From positions 83,467-147,466 of the forward strand of contig CAVVEU010000031.1 of NCBI GenBank assembly GCA_963747235.1: a stretch of 64,000 nucleotides of DNA, read 5' to 3'. The position numbers were made by a program, and so were the translations under genes. Under the pieces are notes generated by a model. The model saw only the letters and a list, made by a program, of their open reading frames with translations, searched no databases and had not been told where the DNA came from. Positions 61,280 to 64,000 of the stretch are shown piece after piece (position 1 is the first letter of the stretch; every line of letters starts with the position of its first letter). This DNA comes from an uncultured Candidatus Rokubacteria bacterium (lineage in GTDB: Bacteria; Methylomirabilota; Methylomirabilia; Rokubacteriales; CSP1-6).

Positions 61280-61295
61280 TGGCACCGCCGTTGCT
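61280..61295 (+). promoter_or_regulatory. Sigma54 promoter
   Basis: TGGCACCGCCGTTGCT, near-consensus, preceded by an AT-rich patch. Confidence 0.85.
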
Positions 61296-61321
61296 CTTCC
61301 CTCGGGCCAGAGGAGGACATC

Positions 61322-61831
61322 ATGAAGCCCAACAAGATCCTGGTTCCGCTCGATGGCTCCGAGATGGCCGAAGCGGCGATCGCCCCGGCCCTGGGAATGG
61401 CCCAGCCCGGCTCCGCGCTGATCCTGATGCGGGCCGCCGAGGCCGGGGTCCTGGCGGGGGCGGATGTGATCGGCGCGCAGATCCAGGTGGTGCGCGAAGC
61501 GGAGGAATACCTGGCCGGCGTGAAGGCCAAGCTCGAGAAGACGGGCGCGAAGGGCGTCGAGACGCACGTCTGGTACGGGCCGGCGGCTCCGGCGGTCGTC
61601 GAGGCGGCCAAGGTCCAGAAGGTCGATCTGATCGTGATGAGCACGCACGGCCGCAGCGGGCTCGGGCGGATCATCTTCGGGAGCGTCGCGGAATCCGTCC
61701 TGCGCGGTACCCGCGCGCCGATCCTCCTGATCCGTCCCTCGGGCGCGCCCGTCGAGGCCCTCGCCGGTCAGGATGGCGCGCGGCCGGCCGAGAAAACCCA
61801 CCCCGCAACCCGAACGGAGGCACTGCGATGA
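61322..61831 (+). CDS. Universal stress protein
   Basis: ILVPLDGS, LIVMSTHGRSG..GSVAE; AGGAGG SD. Confidence 0.93.
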   Translation: MKPNKILVPLDGSEMAEAAIAPALGMAQPGSALILMRAAEAGVLAGADVIGAQIQVVREAEEYLAGVKAKLEKTGAKGVETHVWYGPAAPAVVEAAKVQKVDLIVMSTHGRSGLGRIIFGSVAESVLRGTRAPILLIRPSGAPVEALAGQDGARPAEKTHPATRTEALR

Positions 61832-62274
61832 GCCGGATCCGACGCATCCTGCACCCCACGGACTTTTCCAAGGCGTCCTCCGCCGCGTACAAGCGCGCGG
61901 TGGAGATGGCCAAGAGCAACCGCGCCGAGCTGCTGCTCGTCCACGTGCTGACCCCCGCCATCCCCATGGCGGCCGACGGCTACATCTCGCCCCAGGTCTA
62001 CGAGGACATGGCGAACGCCACGCGCGCCGTCGGACAGAAGCATCTGGCCGCGCTCGTCCGGAAGGCGAAGCAGGGGGGCGCGCGCGTCAAGGGGCTGCTG
62101 CTCGAAGGCGTGCCGCACGAGCGCATCGCGCAGGCCGCCCGCTCGAGAAAGGCCGACATGGTCGTGATCGGCACGCACGGGCGCACCGGCTTCGCCAAGC
62201 TCTTCCTCGGAAGCGTCGCGAGCCGGGTCCTGGCCGTGGCGCCCTGCCCGGTCCTGACGGTCCGGGGAAAGTAG
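61828..62274 (+). CDS. Universal stress protein
   Basis: ILHPTDFS, VIGTHGRTG..LGSVA..PCPVLTV. Confidence 0.93.
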   Translation: MSRIRRILHPTDFSKASSAAYKRAVEMAKSNRAELLLVHVLTPAIPMAADGYISPQVYEDMANATRAVGQKHLAALVRKAKQGGARVKGLLLEGVPHERIAQAARSRKADMVVIGTHGRTGFAKLFLGSVASRVLAVAPCPVLTVRGK

Positions 62275-62278
62275 CCGC

Positions 62279-63379
62279 GTGGAAGCGGCTCTCTCCGCCT
62301 ACCTGGCCGCCGTGTTCGCGGGGCCGGTCGAGATCCTGGGCCTGCGGTCACTGGGCGGGCCCGACGCGGAGGGGCGGGATCCGAAGGGCTTCGGCTACGG
62401 GGTGCCCTTCGAGGTGGAATGCGTGGTGAACGGCGCCGCTCGGAGCCTGGTGGTGGCGCGCACCCGGGCCGCGCAGGGCTTCGGCCACGATTATCCGGAG
62501 GACCGGGCGTGGCAGGCCCTCTACGGCCACCGCGCCTACAACAGCTTCCCGGCGCACGTCCGCAGCCTCGACGTGGGCTTCATCAGGGAGTCGGGCGCGC
62601 TGGTCTCGGCGGGCGACGCGACCGAGTTCTTCCAGCTCGTGGAGAAGGCCGACGGCGCCCTCTACTGGCTCGATCTCGACCGGCTCCTCACCGAGCCCCT
62701 GCGGCCGCTCGACGTCGCCCGGGCGCGGGCGCTCGGCGCCTTCCTCGCGCGCGCCCACGCGACCCGGCGCGACGAGCCCACGCTCTACGAGCGCCGCATC
62801 CGCGAGCTGGTGGGGCACGGCGAGTGCCTGATGGGGATCCTCGACAGCTACCCGCATCCCTACCCGCTGCTGCCGCTGCACGTGTGCGAGGCCCTCGAGC
62901 ACGACGCGGTCTCGTGGCGGTGGCGCCTCCGCGGCCGCGCCCACCGGCTGGCGTGCGTGCACGGCGATTTCCACCCGTGGAACCTGCTGTTCCGCGACGG
63001 GACCGACTTCTCGGCGCTGGACAGGAGCCGCGGAGAATGGGGCGAGCCGGCCGACGACGTGAGCGCGCTCGGCATCAACTATCTCTTCTTCGGGCTCCGG
63101 AAGGCCGCGCTCGAGACCCGGCGGGGCGTCGCCGAGCCGTTCGTCACGCTCTTCCGCGCCTTTCTCGAGGCCTATGCCGCCGGGTCGGACGACGACGAGC
63201 TCTTCGAGGTGCTCCCGCCGTTTCTCGCCTTCCGCGCGCTGGTCATCGGACACCCTCGCTGGTATCCCTCGCTGGCCCGGCGGACCCGCGAGGCGCTGTT
63301 CGGATTCGCGCGGTCGTTGATGGCCGGCGGAACCCTCACCCCCGACGGCGTGCCGGAGCTCCTGGGGGGCGTCGCATGA
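62279..63379 (+). CDS. Aminoglycoside-phosphotransferase/kinase-like protein
   Basis: VHGDFHPWN and LD..RGEWGEPADDV. Confidence 0.8.
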   Translation: MEAALSAYLAAVFAGPVEILGLRSLGGPDAEGRDPKGFGYGVPFEVECVVNGAARSLVVARTRAAQGFGHDYPEDRAWQALYGHRAYNSFPAHVRSLDVGFIRESGALVSAGDATEFFQLVEKADGALYWLDLDRLLTEPLRPLDVARARALGAFLARAHATRRDEPTLYERRIRELVGHGECLMGILDSYPHPYPLLPLHVCEALEHDAVSWRWRLRGRAHRLACVHGDFHPWNLLFRDGTDFSALDRSRGEWGEPADDVSALGINYLFFGLRKAALETRRGVAEPFVTLFRAFLEAYAAGSDDDELFEVLPPFLAFRALVIGHPRWYPSLARRTREALFGFARSLMAGGTLTPDGVPELLGGVA

Positions 63380-64000
63380 GCTGGGCCATCTGGATCACGG
63401 GCCCTCCGGGCAGCGGGAAGTCCGCGATCGCGCGCGGGACCGAGGCGGAGCTTCGCGCCCTCGGGCGGCCGGTCGTCCGCCTCGAGCTCGACGAGATCCG
63501 GAAGGCCGTCACCCCGGCTCCGCGCTACACGGATCACGAGCGTGACATCGTCTACCGGGCCCTGGGCTACATGGCCGCGCTCCTCGTCGAGACCGGCACG
63601 CCGGTTCTCATCGACGCGACCGCCCACCGGCGAGTCTGGCGTGACCTCGTGCGTGAAGCCGTTCCCCACTTCGCGGAGGTGCAGCTCGTCTGCCCTCTCG
63701 CGATCTGCCAGGAGCGTGAGCGGGAGCGGGCCCCGGGGCACGCGCCTCGGAACATCTACCAGCAGGCGGGGCGCCCCGGCGCGACCGTCCCGGGGGTGGA
63801 CGTGGCCTATGAAGCCGCCCTGGCTCCCGAGCTCCTGATCGACACCAGCGTGCACACGGTCGGCGAGTCCGTGGCGCAGGTCGTGCGGCTGGCCGGCGGG
63901 CTCGTCCGCGCCACCGGCGGCGTCTCCGCTCGGGTTGCCCCACGAGAACCGGGCTGGGCGATCTGGATCACCGGGCGGCCGGGGAGCGGCAAGAGCACGC
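63376..64000 (+). CDS. Adenylyl-sulfate-kinase-like P-loop kinase with tandem domains (runs off window)
   Basis: MSWAIWITGPPGSGKS..LDEIRK..IDATA..EV.L.CPL..C.ER..VPGVDVAYE; second GWAIWITGRPGSGKST in frame at the window end; absent from the ORF track. Confidence 0.8.
   Translation, partial: MSWAIWITGPPGSGKSAIARGTEAELRALGRPVVRLELDEIRKAVTPAPRYTDHERDIVYRALGYMAALLVETGTPVLIDATAHRRVWRDLVREAVPHFAEVQLVCPLAICQERERERAPGHAPRNIYQQAGRPGATVPGVDVAYEAALAPELLIDTSVHTVGESVAQVVRLAGGLVRATGGVSARVAPREPGWAIWITGRPGSGKST

Overview
A very GC-rich bacterial chromosomal window. The outer-membrane porin indicates a diderm organism, and gene style tentatively suggests a Rokubacteria/Methylomirabilota-like soil lineage (unverified). 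In order it holds: recA-pilT-recX-alaS; a translationally coupled operon (molybdopterin oxidoreductase, HAD phosphatase, nucleotidyltransferase, ATP-grasp-like protein, class III aminotransferase, Gfo/Idh/MocA dehydrogenase, CDP-alcohol phosphotransferase, CopD-like protein) that looks like an amino-cyclitol/amino-sugar head-group pathway; an inverted pair of ~170-180 nt structured elements; a divergent polyamine cluster (pdaD-speB-methyltransferase-rlmI and speD-speE-maf); a murG-like gene, ddl, MFS and rarA; a GntR unit with a palindromic operator; an expanded Kdp potassium island with a second KdpA carrying altered filter motifs; two TPR proteins; an AOR, hydrolases and LysE; tRNA-Val(TAC) with small accessory genes; and an NtrC-type regulator flanked by sigma54 promoters. 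About 13 genes carry apparent frameshifts, and all those checked are +1 shifts, most simply explained as sequencing insertion errors; these create several false fusions in the ORF track. The strongest leads are the covarying structured repeat pair (14813-15296), the head-group biosynthesis operon, the filter-variant KdpA, and a conserved 11-21-11 box architecture at three Kdp-island promoters.
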